The notes under the pieces: generated by a model | Told to the model about the DNA's origin: nothing | The model's input: the letters and a program-made list of their open reading frames with translations, nothing else | Databases searched by the model: none | Program-made: the position numbers and the translations under genes | Assembly (NCBI RefSeq): GCF_006345805.1 | Contig: NC_042999.1 | Span: 21,576,001-21,640,000, forward strand | Direction of reading: 5' to 3' | DNA length: 64,000 nt | Origin: Octopus sinensis | Taxonomy: Eukaryota | Shown: one piece after another, positions 1 to 11,044 of the stretch | Layout of the letters: each line of letters begins with the position of its first letter | Numbering within the stretch: position 1 is the first letter of the stretch

Positions 1-124
1 TAATAATAATAATGATATAATAATAATAATAATGATAATAATAATAATAATGATAATAATATAATATAATAATAATAATAATAATAATTATAATGAAATA
101 ATAATAATAATAATAATGATAATA

Positions 125-160
<36 letters not shown>

Positions 161-166
161 TAAATA

Positions 167-199
<33 letters not shown>

Positions 200-255
200 T
201 GATAATAATAATAATAATGATAATAATAATAATAATAATATAATAATAATAATAA
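1..255 (+). repeat. (TAA)n microsatellite with TGA/TATA variants
   Basis: Direct read; explains the Tyr/Ile-rich ORF 88..300. Confidence 0.98.
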
Positions 256-1583
256 CTGGAATATGTGTGAAGTAAAGAATATAGATAGGAAAATACGCAA
301 GCTGCTGAGTTGTAATAGGATGCACCACTCAAAGGCAGACGTAGATCGCCTTTACCTCCCCAGAGCCCAAGGAAGTCGAGGCCTGATCCAATTTGAACTA
401 GCTTACAAAACAACCACAATTGGACTGGCCAAATATCTCGAAATATCGAATGACTGGATGCTAAAGCTCGTGGAAAATCACGAGAAACGAAAGAAGCTTC
501 ATTCTATCATAAAGGAAGGCAAAAAATTTGCTATTGATCTCGTGCAGGATACCCAAACTGAACAACCCGAGGGAAGTACGGCAACTATTGTTGCAAAGAA
601 GGTGAAAATGATGGCAATTTAGAAAGCGCACGAGCAATTGGCTGATAGGTGGGAGGAGAAACCTCTGCACGGCAAATATGTGACCCGCAGCAAACAAGCT
701 GATGTTGACCAGAAGCAAACCCATCAGTGGCTACGGAGCTCAGGGCTAAAAGCAGAGAGCGAAGGTTTCATCCTGGCTGCTCAAGATCAAAGCCTATTAA
801 CCCGGAACTACCAGGCCAATGTAATGAAAAATGGAGCAGACCCAAAATGCCGATTCTGCAACGACATGATTGAAACAGTGGACCACCTAATCTCTGGATG
901 TAAGTCTTAGCACCAGTGGAGTATAATTAAGACATGACAGAGTTGGCCAATATCTACACTGGCTAATAAGCCGGCATTACAATATCAAAACTGCCGACAA
1001 GTGGTATAATCACCACCCTGAGGCTGTAATGAAGGAGAAAATGTAACCATTCTGTGGGACTTTCCAGTACATACAGACCGAACCATCAAGGCCAATAAAC
1101 CAGATATTGTTGTGAAAGACCAAAACAATAAAGTTTGCTTATTGATCGGCATGAGCATCCCCTGTGATCAATATCTCAGCGAAAGAGTTTGACAGCTCAG
1201 AAAATATAAAGACCTACTCATTGAAATTGAGAAAATGTGGCATCTCAAGGCGGTTACAATACCAGTGATCGTAGGAGCACTAGGAATGATCAAGAAGGGA
1301 ACCGAAAATTATATGAGAATGATCCCTGGCTTACCATCCCTGCAAGAAGTGCAAAATATTGTCTTAACTGGTACATCACACGTATTGAGAAGAGCATTGT
1401 CGATGTGAAAACTGTTGCTGCTCATGTATTTTATTATAACTTTAAAAAAAAAGTTTTTTTAAATGAACGAACTATTGAGTTTGGTTTAATGGTCTACCAA
1501 TGTATACTATGAGTTTCTTTGCCCTAGGAGTCGGGAAGACACTCGGCAAGAAATGGAAGCAAATTTGAAAGAAGAAAAAAAAG
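256..1583 (+). mobile_element. 5'-truncated R4/Dong-like RLE non-LTR retrotransposon, family 1 (RT thumb, CCHC knuckle, RLE domain, 3'UTR), frameshifted
   Basis: Frames read DVDRLYLPRAQGSRGL, CRFCNDMIETVDHLISGC (CCHC), TIKANKPDIVVKD (PD motif), KYKDLLIEIEKMWHLK, VIVGALGMIKKG, VLTGTSHVLRRALSM*. Flanked by TAA arrays on both sides. Confidence 0.9.
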
Positions 1584-1605
1584 TAATAATTATAATAATA
1601 ATAAT

Positions 1606-1980
1606 GTAAAAATGTGGAACCTGAAGGCTAAAACAACACCTGTTTAGATAGATGGCCTGGGAATGTTAGCTAAAGGGGCTGATTGCTACCTAGCTCAGAC
1701 ACCAGGAAACTCCAAACTGGCAGAAATTCAAAAGATAGTGCTCCTGGGAACTGCCCATATCCTACGCAAAATACTTTCTATGTAATCTCAAGTTTTAAAA
1801 CAAACACATGATTTCCTTATGGTTTCTAAAACATTCTCTCGAACAACACTATGTACAAAACCAAATATATGGCACCTTAGGCATAACACCAACAGGAACT
1901 TTCAACTTCGTTGTCTCTTGATGTCTCTGGGTAAGACTTGGAGCCAACTTGTACAAATGTAAAGCAAAAGTCAAACATAA
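1606..1980 (+). mobile_element. R4/Dong-like 3' end, family 2
   Basis: MWNLKAKTTPV*IDGLGMLAKG...EIQKIVLLGTAHILRKILSM* (stop 1783-1785), then a 3'UTR running into (TAA)n. Confidence 0.85.
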
Positions 1981-1995
1981 AATAATAATAATAAT

Positions 1996-2063
<68 letters not shown>
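1981..2063 (+). repeat. (TAA)n microsatellite
   Basis: Direct read. Confidence 0.97.
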
Positions 2064-2064
<1 letters not shown>

Positions 2065-2069
2065 CTCTT

Positions 2070-2200
2070 CTTATTTTGGCTGAAGGCCAGGAAATTTACG
2101 CGGTGGGCATATTGATTACATCAAACACATTGCACACAGAGGTACTCGTTTGAGCGGCCCCGAAAAAAGGAGCAAAGCCCACCCTCTGCAGAATTTGAGG
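2070..2200 (-). mobile_element. Old, degenerate SINE-B copy (B2 tail)
   Basis: gattacatc...ggtactcgttt...ccccgaaaa...gcaaag...gaatttga aligns loosely to the SINE-B body. Confidence 0.5.
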
Positions 2201-2565
2201 GCAATTTGAATGGTCGAGATGCAACACATAAACAGTTGAGATTTACATCGATCAAAGAGAAAGACTGCAACAATAAGCATATAATAAAACTATATAAAAA
2301 TAGAGCATACAACAGATTAATAACTAATAAAACTAGTGCACTACAGCGGAGTAATCCACGTAGGGTAATTGGGGGGAAAGCTCCAAAGAAAACGTCCCTG
2401 ATTTGTCTGCCACTTCCAAGACATCTTCTTGTTTTTTTTTCCTCCTTATTGGGTCCATTCAGTCTCACTAGTCTTGCCACTCTGAGGCAACGCCACGCCC
2501 TCTACATTTACGTTCCTCTTCGAATGATACCTGAAGAAATTGATGAGAGCTTGGCCAGATAGATA
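2200..2565 (-). mobile_element. Tx1/L1-like LINE 3' end (ORF2 C-terminus plus 3'UTR), decayed
   Basis: Minus strand reads SGQALINFFRYHSKRNVNVE...RVARLVRLNG, similar to SGPGLMNYFIFHLKRKIGLE...VARKLRVDD of the copy at 43121-43630. Confidence 0.65.
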
Positions 2566-2595
2566 AGTGCTCCCCTTCAAACCTGCCAGACAGGT

Positions 2596-2880
2596 GGGAG
2601 GAGGAGGGGAGGGAGGAGGACGTGGAGGTAGGAGGAAGAGGACGGATGAGGAGGACGAGGGATGACGAGGAAGAAGGATGAGGTGGACGAAGGATGAGGA
2701 GGACGAGGAGGAAGGAGGAGGAGGAGGGAGGAGGACGACGAGGGATGAGGAGGACGAAGGATGAGGAGGGTGAGGAGGAGGGAGGAAGAGGAGGGATGAG
2801 AACGACGAGGGATGGGGATGACGAAGAATGAGGAGGGCGAGGAGGAGAAGGAGGAGGGAAGAGGAGGGAGGAGGAGGAAA
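2596..2880 (+). repeat. Purine-rich GGA/GAG low-complexity tract
   Basis: About 285 nt of strongly G/A-biased sequence on the + strand. Confidence 0.9.
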
Positions 2881-2928
2881 AATAATTATGACTTCTAATG
2901 TTTGTACAAGAGTTGCAACCTGAAGAAA

Positions 2929-3030
2929 GGGGACTAGTCGATTAGATGAACCCTTCTAAGTAACTGGTACTTATCGATCCCAAAACGATGTAACGTAAAG
3001 ATAAGCTTGGGTGCAATTTGATTTCAGGGT
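2929..3030 (-). mobile_element. Degenerate SINE-B fragment
   Basis: agtcgatta...gtaactggtacttatcgatccc matches the SINE-B body. Confidence 0.6.
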
Positions 3031-3039
3031 GGAAAGATT

Positions 3040-3310
3040 TCTTTTTAATAATAAATCTCAGAGCGAGTTATAAGACGGGAAGGATGGCTTCCATTTGCAA
3101 ATACTGATAGGGCGGTGAAAGTGTGTCTATAGCCAGCTGGAGGAGGTGTCCTCCTGGGGCTACAAACTACAGTAGCATCCACCCTTAGTGGTTAGCCATA
3201 TTTAAATTGCAAGTATACGTCAAGATTTCTTTTTGTTTTCCTGTTGCTCTTCCACCATTGCTATCACTTTGACCCAGTCTCTTTGAAGTGACCCTTTGAT
3301 TACACACCAT
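3040..3310 (-). mobile_element. Possible Tx1/L1-like 3' end, highly decayed
   Basis: Minus strand reads ...RDWVKVIAMV, resembling the RWxxVARM terminus, then a UTR ending attattaaaaaga. Confidence 0.3.
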
Positions 3311-3541
3311 TTAGTAATTCATCTTCGTAATAAATGTGACATCATCACAAAATCTTGAGATATATAATAGTAGTGGCCACTGCTCATGTCTCCCCCTCGC
3401 TATCGTGAGCGGCTTAACTGTGTCCCATTGTTTACCTCTTGCTAACGCTCATTTTCCAAATAGTGCTAGAGTGGGATACTGTTTTTCTTCGTTTCTGCTT
3501 AGACACTTATTGGCAATAGTCTGTTTCATTATCTATGTACG

Positions 3542-3710
3542 TTTATGATGGAATGATACATTTCCATCATAAATGGAAATGTAACTTTATGATGGAACCT
3601 ATGACCCTTTATGATGGAAAGATTCTTATATTGCACATGGATACCTTTATGGTGGAAAGGTACCTTTCCAGCATAATAATTTTCATGATAGAAAGATTCT
3701 TGTATCGCAT
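3542..3710. repeat. Cluster of seven TTTATGATGGAA-like 12-mers, direct and inverted
   Basis: Copies at 3542, 3562 (inverted), 3586, 3608, 3646, 3666 (inverted) and 3682. Confidence 0.8.
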
Positions 3711-4469
3711 TCATATATATTCTTCATTCCTTTCAATAAACTGAGTATTCCACTGATTTATAACAAACATTATACACGTACCACACACACTGGAAAATCT
3801 CTGTTTCTATAACTTCAAATTTCGTAACAAGACTCTTCATGTTATATAAGACAGAAAACATTTCCTCTCGTACCAATGCTATTGTCCATGTTGTTACGAC
3901 TGCTATTTTTGTAACGAATATTTTCGTCGCTGTTGCTTAATTTTTCTTCATTATCACCATATTCGAAGCAGACGACACCGTACTTTTTTTCTACTTCCTA
4001 ACGTCTTCTGCTAATACTATGTTTACTAACATGACATTATTAGTAATGCAGACGCTTGACACATCCATCTCTCCGCCTCTTTATTCCACTCTCTTTGCTT
4101 CAATTAAACCTTCCTGCTCCACTACTGTGATATATTTATTTCCAGCGAATGTTATTATTCCTTCTCAAAAACCCATGTTTTTTTCCATGAAAACGGAAAC
4201 TGTTATGCATATAGAATTTAAAAGTATTCGATAGACCTCGGGTGTGGGATTGGTCAAAATGGAAATTATGACCAAAAAGAAGTGCATTCGTCGTCCACGG
4301 ACGCGAAATCGTATATTAATGTAAACAGGTAAAATTCGGTGAAGAGTGAAAATTCGGCAATTTTACAGAGGCCATTTTGAACTTGGCTCCCTGGTTAACG
4401 TGTGCAATATTTTTTTTCCAAAATTTAGAACAGGACTTACATTTTCTTTTTTTTTCTTTTTTTTTGTAG

Positions 4470-5050
4470 GAGAGAGTTATTTACCGAGTATTTGTTTGGG
4501 AAGAGTGGTGGTCCACTCTCTGTCCCTCTCACTGGACGTGGGTGTTTTCGCCAGCAGGTCGTTGTAAAATATTTTGTTACATGACTTTTGAAAATCCTCT
4601 ACATAGTCAGGATATTTATTTTTTAAAGTGTTGTTAGTGATGTCTGTCGTTTTGATTATTTTCATGTGCTGTGGCGTGATGTCTCTTAATGCAACAAGGC
4701 TGCTCTGGTTAATGTCTGTGTAATGCTGAATGTCTTGTTTCCTGTGTTTACAGCAGTCAAGTTTATAATTTCTGTTTTTTGTTTGTCTGATAGTGTGCAG
4801 TTTAACTGTTGTCTGTGTAAATTAAACGGCGTCGGTGAAGGCTTCAGAGATAGTGATAGTGATGTCGGCTGTGTCAGTGGACCTGTTGTTGGGAGTGGTG
4901 TGTTATTGTTGTTGCTACAGTTATCCATCTTTGTGTGTTCAAACCCACCAGTCTACTCTGTTCTAGTGGGTGCATTTATTTTCGTCTTCTTTTCTTGCCT
5001 TTGTTCTTGAAGTTCTTGATGCTACTGCTGTCGGTGCTTCTGTGATCTCA
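4470..5050 (-). pseudogene. Decayed ORF, possibly a LINE ORF1-like remnant
   Basis: Non-microsatellite, strand-biased sequence with broken frames (MKIIKTTDITNNTLKNKYPDYVEDFQKSCNKIFYNDLL). No diagnostic motif recognised. Confidence 0.25.
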
Positions 5051-5112
5051 GTTACTGCTTCGTCCAGCGTGCTAACGATTCTTCCAGATCGCCGCCTTAA
5101 GAAGTAGTAGTA

Positions 5113-5193
5113 GAAGAAGAAGAAGAAGAAGAAGAAGAAGAAGAAGAAGAAGAAGAAGAAGAAGAAGAAGAAGAAGAAGAAGAAGAAGAAGAA
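5113..5193 (+). repeat. (GAA)n microsatellite
   Basis: Direct read. Confidence 0.97.
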
Positions 5194-5220
5194 GGGGAGG
5201 AGGAGGAGAAAGTTAGTGGG

Positions 5221-5602
5221 GTGGGGACTGTTGATTCGATCAGCAATAGTACGTCATATCATCGACCTTGGAAACATAAAAGAAAAAGTCAACCTGGACA
5301 GGATTTGAAATCAGGACGTAAAAAGGCGGAAGAAATGCTGCTAAGAATTTTGCTCGACGCTCTAATGATTCTATATTCTTGCCAATAATAATAATAATAA
5401 TAATAACCCTTACTACTGGAGGCACAAAGACTCAAATTTTTCGGGGAAGGGTGCATCGAGTATATCGACCCCAGTGTTCCACCCTGAAAAGATGAAAGGC
5501 AAAGTCAATCCCGGCGGAATTTAAACTCAGAACGTGGCTGCAGACGAAATACCACTAAGCAATTCTCCTAGGTTGCTAATAATTCTACCATCTCACCGTC
5601 TT
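5221..5602 (-). mobile_element. Two old SINE-B copies (5221-5375 and 5412-5602, the second with B2 tail)
   Basis: gatgaaaggcaaagtcaa...ggaatttaaactcagaacgt and head ...tctaccatctcaccgtctt. Confidence 0.7.
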
Positions 5603-5633
5603 AATAATAATGATGGTGATAATAATAATAAAA

Positions 5634-5700
<67 letters not shown>

Positions 5701-6449
5701 GCAGACCCAAAATACCGATTCTGCAACGACATGATTGAAACAGTGGACCACCTAATCTCTGGATGTAAAGTCTTAGCACCAGTGGAGTATAAATTAAGAC
5801 ATGACAGAGTTGGCCAATATCTACACTGGCTAATAAGTCGGCATTACAATATCAAAACTGCCGACAAGTGGTATAATCACCACCCTGAGGCTGTAACTGA
5901 AGGAGAAAATGTAACCATTCTGTGGGACTTCCAGTACATACAGACCGAACCATCAAGGCCAATAAACCAGATATTGTTGTGAAAGACCAAAACAATAAAG
6001 TTTGCTTATTGATCGACTGAGCATCCCCTGTGATCATAATATCTCAGCGAAAGAGTTTGACAAGCTCAGAAAATATAAAGACCTACTCATGAAATTGAGA
6101 AAATGTGGCATCTCAAAGCGGTTACAATACCAGTGATCGTAGGAGCACTAGGAATGATCAAGAAGGGAACCGAAAATTATATGAGAATGATCCCTGGCTT
6201 ACCATCCCTGCAAGATGTGCAAAAGATTGTCTTAACTGGTACATCACACGTATTGAGAAAAGCATTGTCGATGTGAGAACTGTTGCTGTTCATGTATTTT
6301 AATTTAACTTTAAAAAAAAATTTAAAAAATGAACGAACTATTGAGTTTGGTTTAAATGCCTACCAATGTATACTATGAGTTTCTTTGCCCTAGGAGTCGG
6401 GAAGACACTCGGCAAGAAATGGAAGCAAATTTGAAAGAAGAAAAAAAAG
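5701..6449 (+). mobile_element. R4/Dong-like family 1, second 5'-truncated copy
   Basis: Near-identical to about 837-1583; starts in the CCHC region; flanked by (TAA)n. Confidence 0.92.
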
Positions 6450-6485
6450 TAATAATAATAATAATAATAATAATAGTAATAATAA

Positions 6486-7022
6486 ATGCCCAGATGCAGT
6501 ACCAGGCAGTGGCACTCATGGCTTCTGATCTTAACTGATTGGAAGTGTTATCACGTACATTGTTTTGTCTTGGTATAAAAGATGGGCTAAGCAAATATTC
6601 TGCTCAATACCACGGATTTGCTTGTCAGTTGACCATGTCCCTTAGTGGCTGACAATATGTGCATCTCTTATCATGAGTAGAAGTAGTGGGGGAGCATCAT
6701 AGCCATGTGTTGAGAGGGATTCTTTGGGGTTTGAATAATGACCTCTGGAAACATGGGTGGTTTGTTCAACATCCTTAAACAACCCTTATTCAGGGACCTT
6801 TTGAGCGGGATGGGTTACTCGACCAGAAGAAAATTCTAACTGGGCCCCACCTGCAAGGTCATGTGCTGTTTATCTTGATATTTGATCACCATGTCGCGCA
6901 CATATGGTTGTGATGCATGTGCCTGGTGTACCTTTATTAGACGGGTAGTCATGATGGGTATACTGGGCTTCGTATATTTTACCTCAGTGTCACTTTGATG
7001 GCATGCTCTGCTCGCTCACTCA
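6486..7022. mobile_element. ~535-bp non-coding insert between TAA arrays (putative non-autonomous or UTR-derived element)
   Basis: Higher-GC complex sequence sharply bounded by (TAA)n on both sides; no recognisable ORF. Confidence 0.5.
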
Positions 7023-7056
<34 letters not shown>

Positions 7057-7068
7057 TAATATATAATG

Positions 7069-7099
<31 letters not shown>

Positions 7100-7270
7100 T
7101 AATAATAATGATGATAATAATAATAATATAATAATAATAATGATATAATAATAATAATAATAATAATAATGATAATAATAATAATAATAATAATAATGAT
7201 ATAATAATGATGATAATAATAATAATAATAATAATAATGATAATATAATAATAATAATAATAATAATGAA

Positions 7271-7301
<31 letters not shown>

Positions 7302-7350
7302 AATAATGATGATAATAATAATAATAATAATGATAATAATAATAATAATG
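7023..7350 (+). repeat. Long (TAA)n/(TGA) microsatellite
   Basis: Direct read. Confidence 0.97.
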
Positions 7351-7849
7351 TCGACGTTGATGATAACATGATAAATAAGAAAGGCGCGACAAGAGATGTA
7401 GTAGTAGGGGTGGTGGTGGTGGTTGTGTTGGCAGTGGTGGTGATCGTGGTGAAAGCAAGTGTATAATAGGATGTTAGACGCCGTGTGGCGAAAACTGATT
7501 ATGTGCCAAAGAGAAAAATCAAATAGCTGCATAACAAATGAAACGAAAGTAGTTAAACATTACAAATTTATTTTCATAGCAAAAGAAAAGAAAAAAATAC
7601 ATTTAAAATAAAATATATATCATCGATAAAATGTGGCGTTAAAATATACGCCTAGCTCTGTATAGTGTTTGTGCGTTTATTCATTCATGCATATATACAT
7701 GCATAAACACACACACACACACCACCCACACACTATAATATATATATATATATATAATATATATATATATATATGGTAAGGCAACTCGTTGCTAAATTCG
7801 GTATGTGGTAAGGCAACTCGTTGCTAAACCCTTATTGCTTAGTATTACT

Positions 7850-7887
<38 letters not shown>

Positions 7888-7995
7888 ATATCTTAAACAA
7901 GAATATTATTGAAAGTAACTTCTAAGTTTCGGCCTGCTAAGCTATCATCCTCAGAGTGTGCTACATTCGAGTTCATTTTGGGGTTACAGTTACTG

Positions 7996-8122
7996 TTAGC
8001 CCTTTTGATACTAACCCTCTGGCTGAAACTGCCTCTGGCTCTGTAGCAAAAATATTTTGCTTTCAAAAGTTCTGAATTAAAATCTTCCACCAAATCTTAG
8101 TCACAATTTATGTTCCTAACAT
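7996..8122. mobile_element. Partial copy of the piggyBac-like MITE seen at 9078-9552
   Basis: ccctttt gatac...ggctgaaac...ctctggctctgtag...cttagtcacaatttatgttcctaac. Confidence 0.75.
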
Positions 8123-8136
8123 TTATGTTCCTTCTT

Positions 8137-8167
<31 letters not shown>

Positions 8168-8172
8168 TTATT

Positions 8173-8247
<75 letters not shown>

Positions 8248-8250
<3 letters not shown>

Positions 8251-8655
8251 TAGTGTATCTTTCATATCGTGCTCTCACTTCACTACCGAGCACAGCTCTG
8301 TGTGCCTTGGGTATGTGCTGTGATTTGTTGTGATGCTCTGATGGTTATGGTATGGAAAGTGTTCTGCGTAGGATGTGTGCAGTGCCTAGTAGTGCATTTG
8401 CTGTATGTTATGTGTGTTTGTAAGTCCTGGTGTTTTTGTTATGTATTTGTCTGAATATTTTTTTATCATGCCTAATGCACCTACATGATAGGAATTGTTC
8501 TGTTTTTAGATTCCACATTCTGGTTACCTCTATTTCCAGGTCTTTGTATTTTGAGTTTCTCTCTTTTCTTTTAGAGCACTTGTCATCTGCCGGTATTGAT
8601 ACATCAATTAGAAAGCATTTTTTTCTTCATGATCTCTGACAACTATATCTGGTCT
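8248..8655 (-). mobile_element. R4/Dong-like 3' end, family 3
   Basis: Minus strand reads PDIVVRDHEE...FLIDVSIP...KYKDLEIEVTRMWNLK...GALGMIKK...ALLGTAHILRRTLS. Flanked by ATT arrays. Confidence 0.85.
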
Positions 8656-8675
8656 GTTGGCCTTAATTTCTCATC

Positions 8676-8708
<33 letters not shown>

Positions 8709-8709
<1 letters not shown>

Positions 8710-8762
8710 AATCCTTTTTGCCCCTTGTGGAGCATAGGGCCTCAACAGTTGTTTTCCACTTT
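8709..8762 (-). mobile_element. Possible RTE-type LINE 3' terminus
   Basis: Minus strand gaggccctatgctccacaaggggcaaaaagga then (AAT)n; resembles RTE 3' ends as I recall them. Confidence 0.4.
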
Positions 8763-8766
8763 TTCC

Positions 8767-9601
8767 ACTATCTAAATGTTATTCAGTAGATCTCCGCCCA
8801 CCCAAGAACATTGCAACAACCTTTTCGTTACCATATTTCTGTTGAGGTGCTCTGTGTTTCTTTCAAATTAATTTGAAATATAACAAAGAATTTTAGTAAG
8901 ATAAATTATTTATCATTAAGCTAGTTTTTTTTTGTCCAGAATTTAAAAAAAAACACTAGCTTAATGATAACTAATTTATCTTACTAAATTATTTGTTGTA
9001 TTTCAAATTTATTGAAAGAAACACACAGTATCTCAACAGAAGTATGGCAACAAAAGTGTAAAAGTTACCACGATATTTTTAACCCTTTCGATACCAACCT
9101 AGCTGAAACCACCTCTGGCTCTGTAGTACAAATGTCTTGTTCTCATATGTTGTGAATCAAAATCTTCCACCAAACCTTAGTCACAATTTACGTTCCTAAC
9201 ACTCACTTAATGATAACTAAGATATATTACTAAATTCTTTGTTATATTTAAAATTAATAGAAAGAAACACAGAGCATCTCAACAGAAATATGGCAACAAA
9301 TGGGTTAAAGTCACCATGATATTTTTAATCCTTTCGATACCAGCCTGGCTGAAACCAGCTCTGGCTCTGTAATATAAATGTTTTGCTTCCAAAATTTCTG
9401 AATTATATCTTTCACCAAACCTTAGTTGAAATCTATGTTCCTGACACTAGCTAAATGATAACTAAGATATTTTACTAAATTCGTTGTTATATTTAAAATT
9501 AACTGAAAGAAACACAGAGCACCTCAACGGAAATATGGTAACAAAAAGGTTGTTAAAATATTCTTGGGTGGGCGGAGATCTCTTGAATAATAATTAGATA
9601 G
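8767..9601. mobile_element. Composite of piggyBac-like MITE copies inside a ~165-bp inverted-repeat shell
   Basis: The ~230-bp unit at 9078-9308 begins ttaaccctttcgatacc and ends caacaaatgggttaa (TTAA-CCC...GGG-TTAA). A second unit is at 9327-9552, with half units at 8815-8925 and 8953-9060. Outer arms actatctaa...gatctccgcccacccaagaa are inverted at both ends. Confidence 0.7.
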
Positions 9602-9872
9602 TAGTGTAGGGTAAAATGGAAGAGACTGATTAAATTTGAAGTAACTTTATTGCTCAAAATTCAGCCATGCATATAGGACTTTGCAATCAGGTTTGCCTAT
9701 TGAAATGTGCCTGAAGTGTCGGCCTGCTAGGGCATCGTCGAATACTGATGCAGTAACGTCTATGTCAACCTCGTTGTCCCTTCACCTATAGGAAACATAC
9801 TTCAAAATGCGATTTTCTTTCAGCCTACAGGTGAAAAGATGAGTGATTCAGGTACTTTAATGTTCCAACTTA

Positions 9873-10105
9873 TTTCTTTCACTTCTTTTACTGGTTTCAG
9901 TTATTTGACTGCGGCCATGTTGGAGCACCGCCTTTACTCGAACAAATCGACCCTAGGACTTATTCTTTGTAAGCCTAGTACTTATTCTATCAGAATCTTT
10001 TGCCGAACCGCTAGATTACGTGGAGGTAAGCACACCAACAGCAGTGTCAAGCGATGGTGTGGGGACAAACACAGATACTAGACACACAGATACACACACA
10101 CACAC

Positions 10106-10143
<38 letters not shown>

Positions 10144-10300
10144 CAACGTGCTTCTTTCAGCTTCCGTCTACCAAATTTCCTAACAAGGACTGGTCGGCCT
10201 GTGGCTATAGTAGAAAACACTTTCCCAAGGTGTCACACAGTGGTCCTGAACCCGGAACCATGCGGTTGGAAAACAAACATCTTACCACACAGCCACGCCT
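9873..10300 (-). mobile_element. SINE-A (tRNA-like head, CCTTGGGCAAG-type core, internal microsatellite, CR1-like tail)
   Basis: Head ...ggctgtgtggtaag...ggttccgggttcag; tail ggcggtgctccaacatggccgcagtcaaataactgaaac. Confidence 0.9.
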
Positions 10301-10830
10301 ATTTATCTTTACATGGAAAGAAAAAAAAAACTGCTAAATATTTTCTCGTCTTCCACAGTGACCTTCATGACGTGTCGGAAGTATATGTTGAGGCTGAGAG
10401 CTGATGCCTAAGATAAAAAATAAAAGAAATCACAGACAGAAAACTTATCGACTTCTGTCTTAAACTTTCCTCGAATGTGTTATTCCCATCGGGCATTTAA
10501 TAATTCTAATGTTATTTCTCTTTAATTCTAGTTACATTCTTTTCTTTTCTTGTTTACTTCCTGTGTTCTTTGTTCGTGTTATTTTTGAGGCTGTTCGTGA
10601 ATAAATTACATAATTTATATATTGTTAAAATGTACAAATATTTGCTCGAAAATCTTTGAGCAAGCTATCAATTTGATATATGTTAACGAATATTATATCC
10701 AGTCAATATTATTTCAAAGTGTTTTGATACTACTTCAAACAATGAGATTTATAAGAATGTCTAACGCATTTCCAAATATTTTTTATCAAGGCAAATTTTT
10801 TAAACTGTTGCACATTTGCCGTTTCTCGTA

Positions 10831-10893
10831 CAGGCGTAGCTGTGCGATAAGACGTTTGCTTCCCAACCATATGGTCCCGCGTTCAGTCCCACT
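10831..10893 (+). mobile_element. SINE-A head only
   Basis: aggcgtagctgtgcgataag...gttcagtcccactg. Confidence 0.7.
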
Positions 10894-11009
10894 GTATATT
10901 CACTGGGGTACTAGTCTCGCATGATAAATACTATTGCAATACAATGGTATTATCGACTGCCTTTTCCCAGCAAACATCGATACCTTGTTGTGCCGCTATT
11001 TCCTATTTG

Positions 11010-11044
<35 letters not shown>

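Noticed and set aside
7773-7828. Duplicated 22-24-mer with a GCAAC-tc-GTTGC hairpin inside (TA)n
   Set aside because: Only two copies and no catalytic or terminal motifs; most simply local slippage.
9826-10404. Candidate small exons (tttcag|...GATTCAG|gtactt at about 9836-9851; ttccacag|TGACC... from 10359)
   Set aside because: Plausible splice signals, but the peptides are short and unrecognisable and such motifs arise often by chance. Needs RNA-seq.
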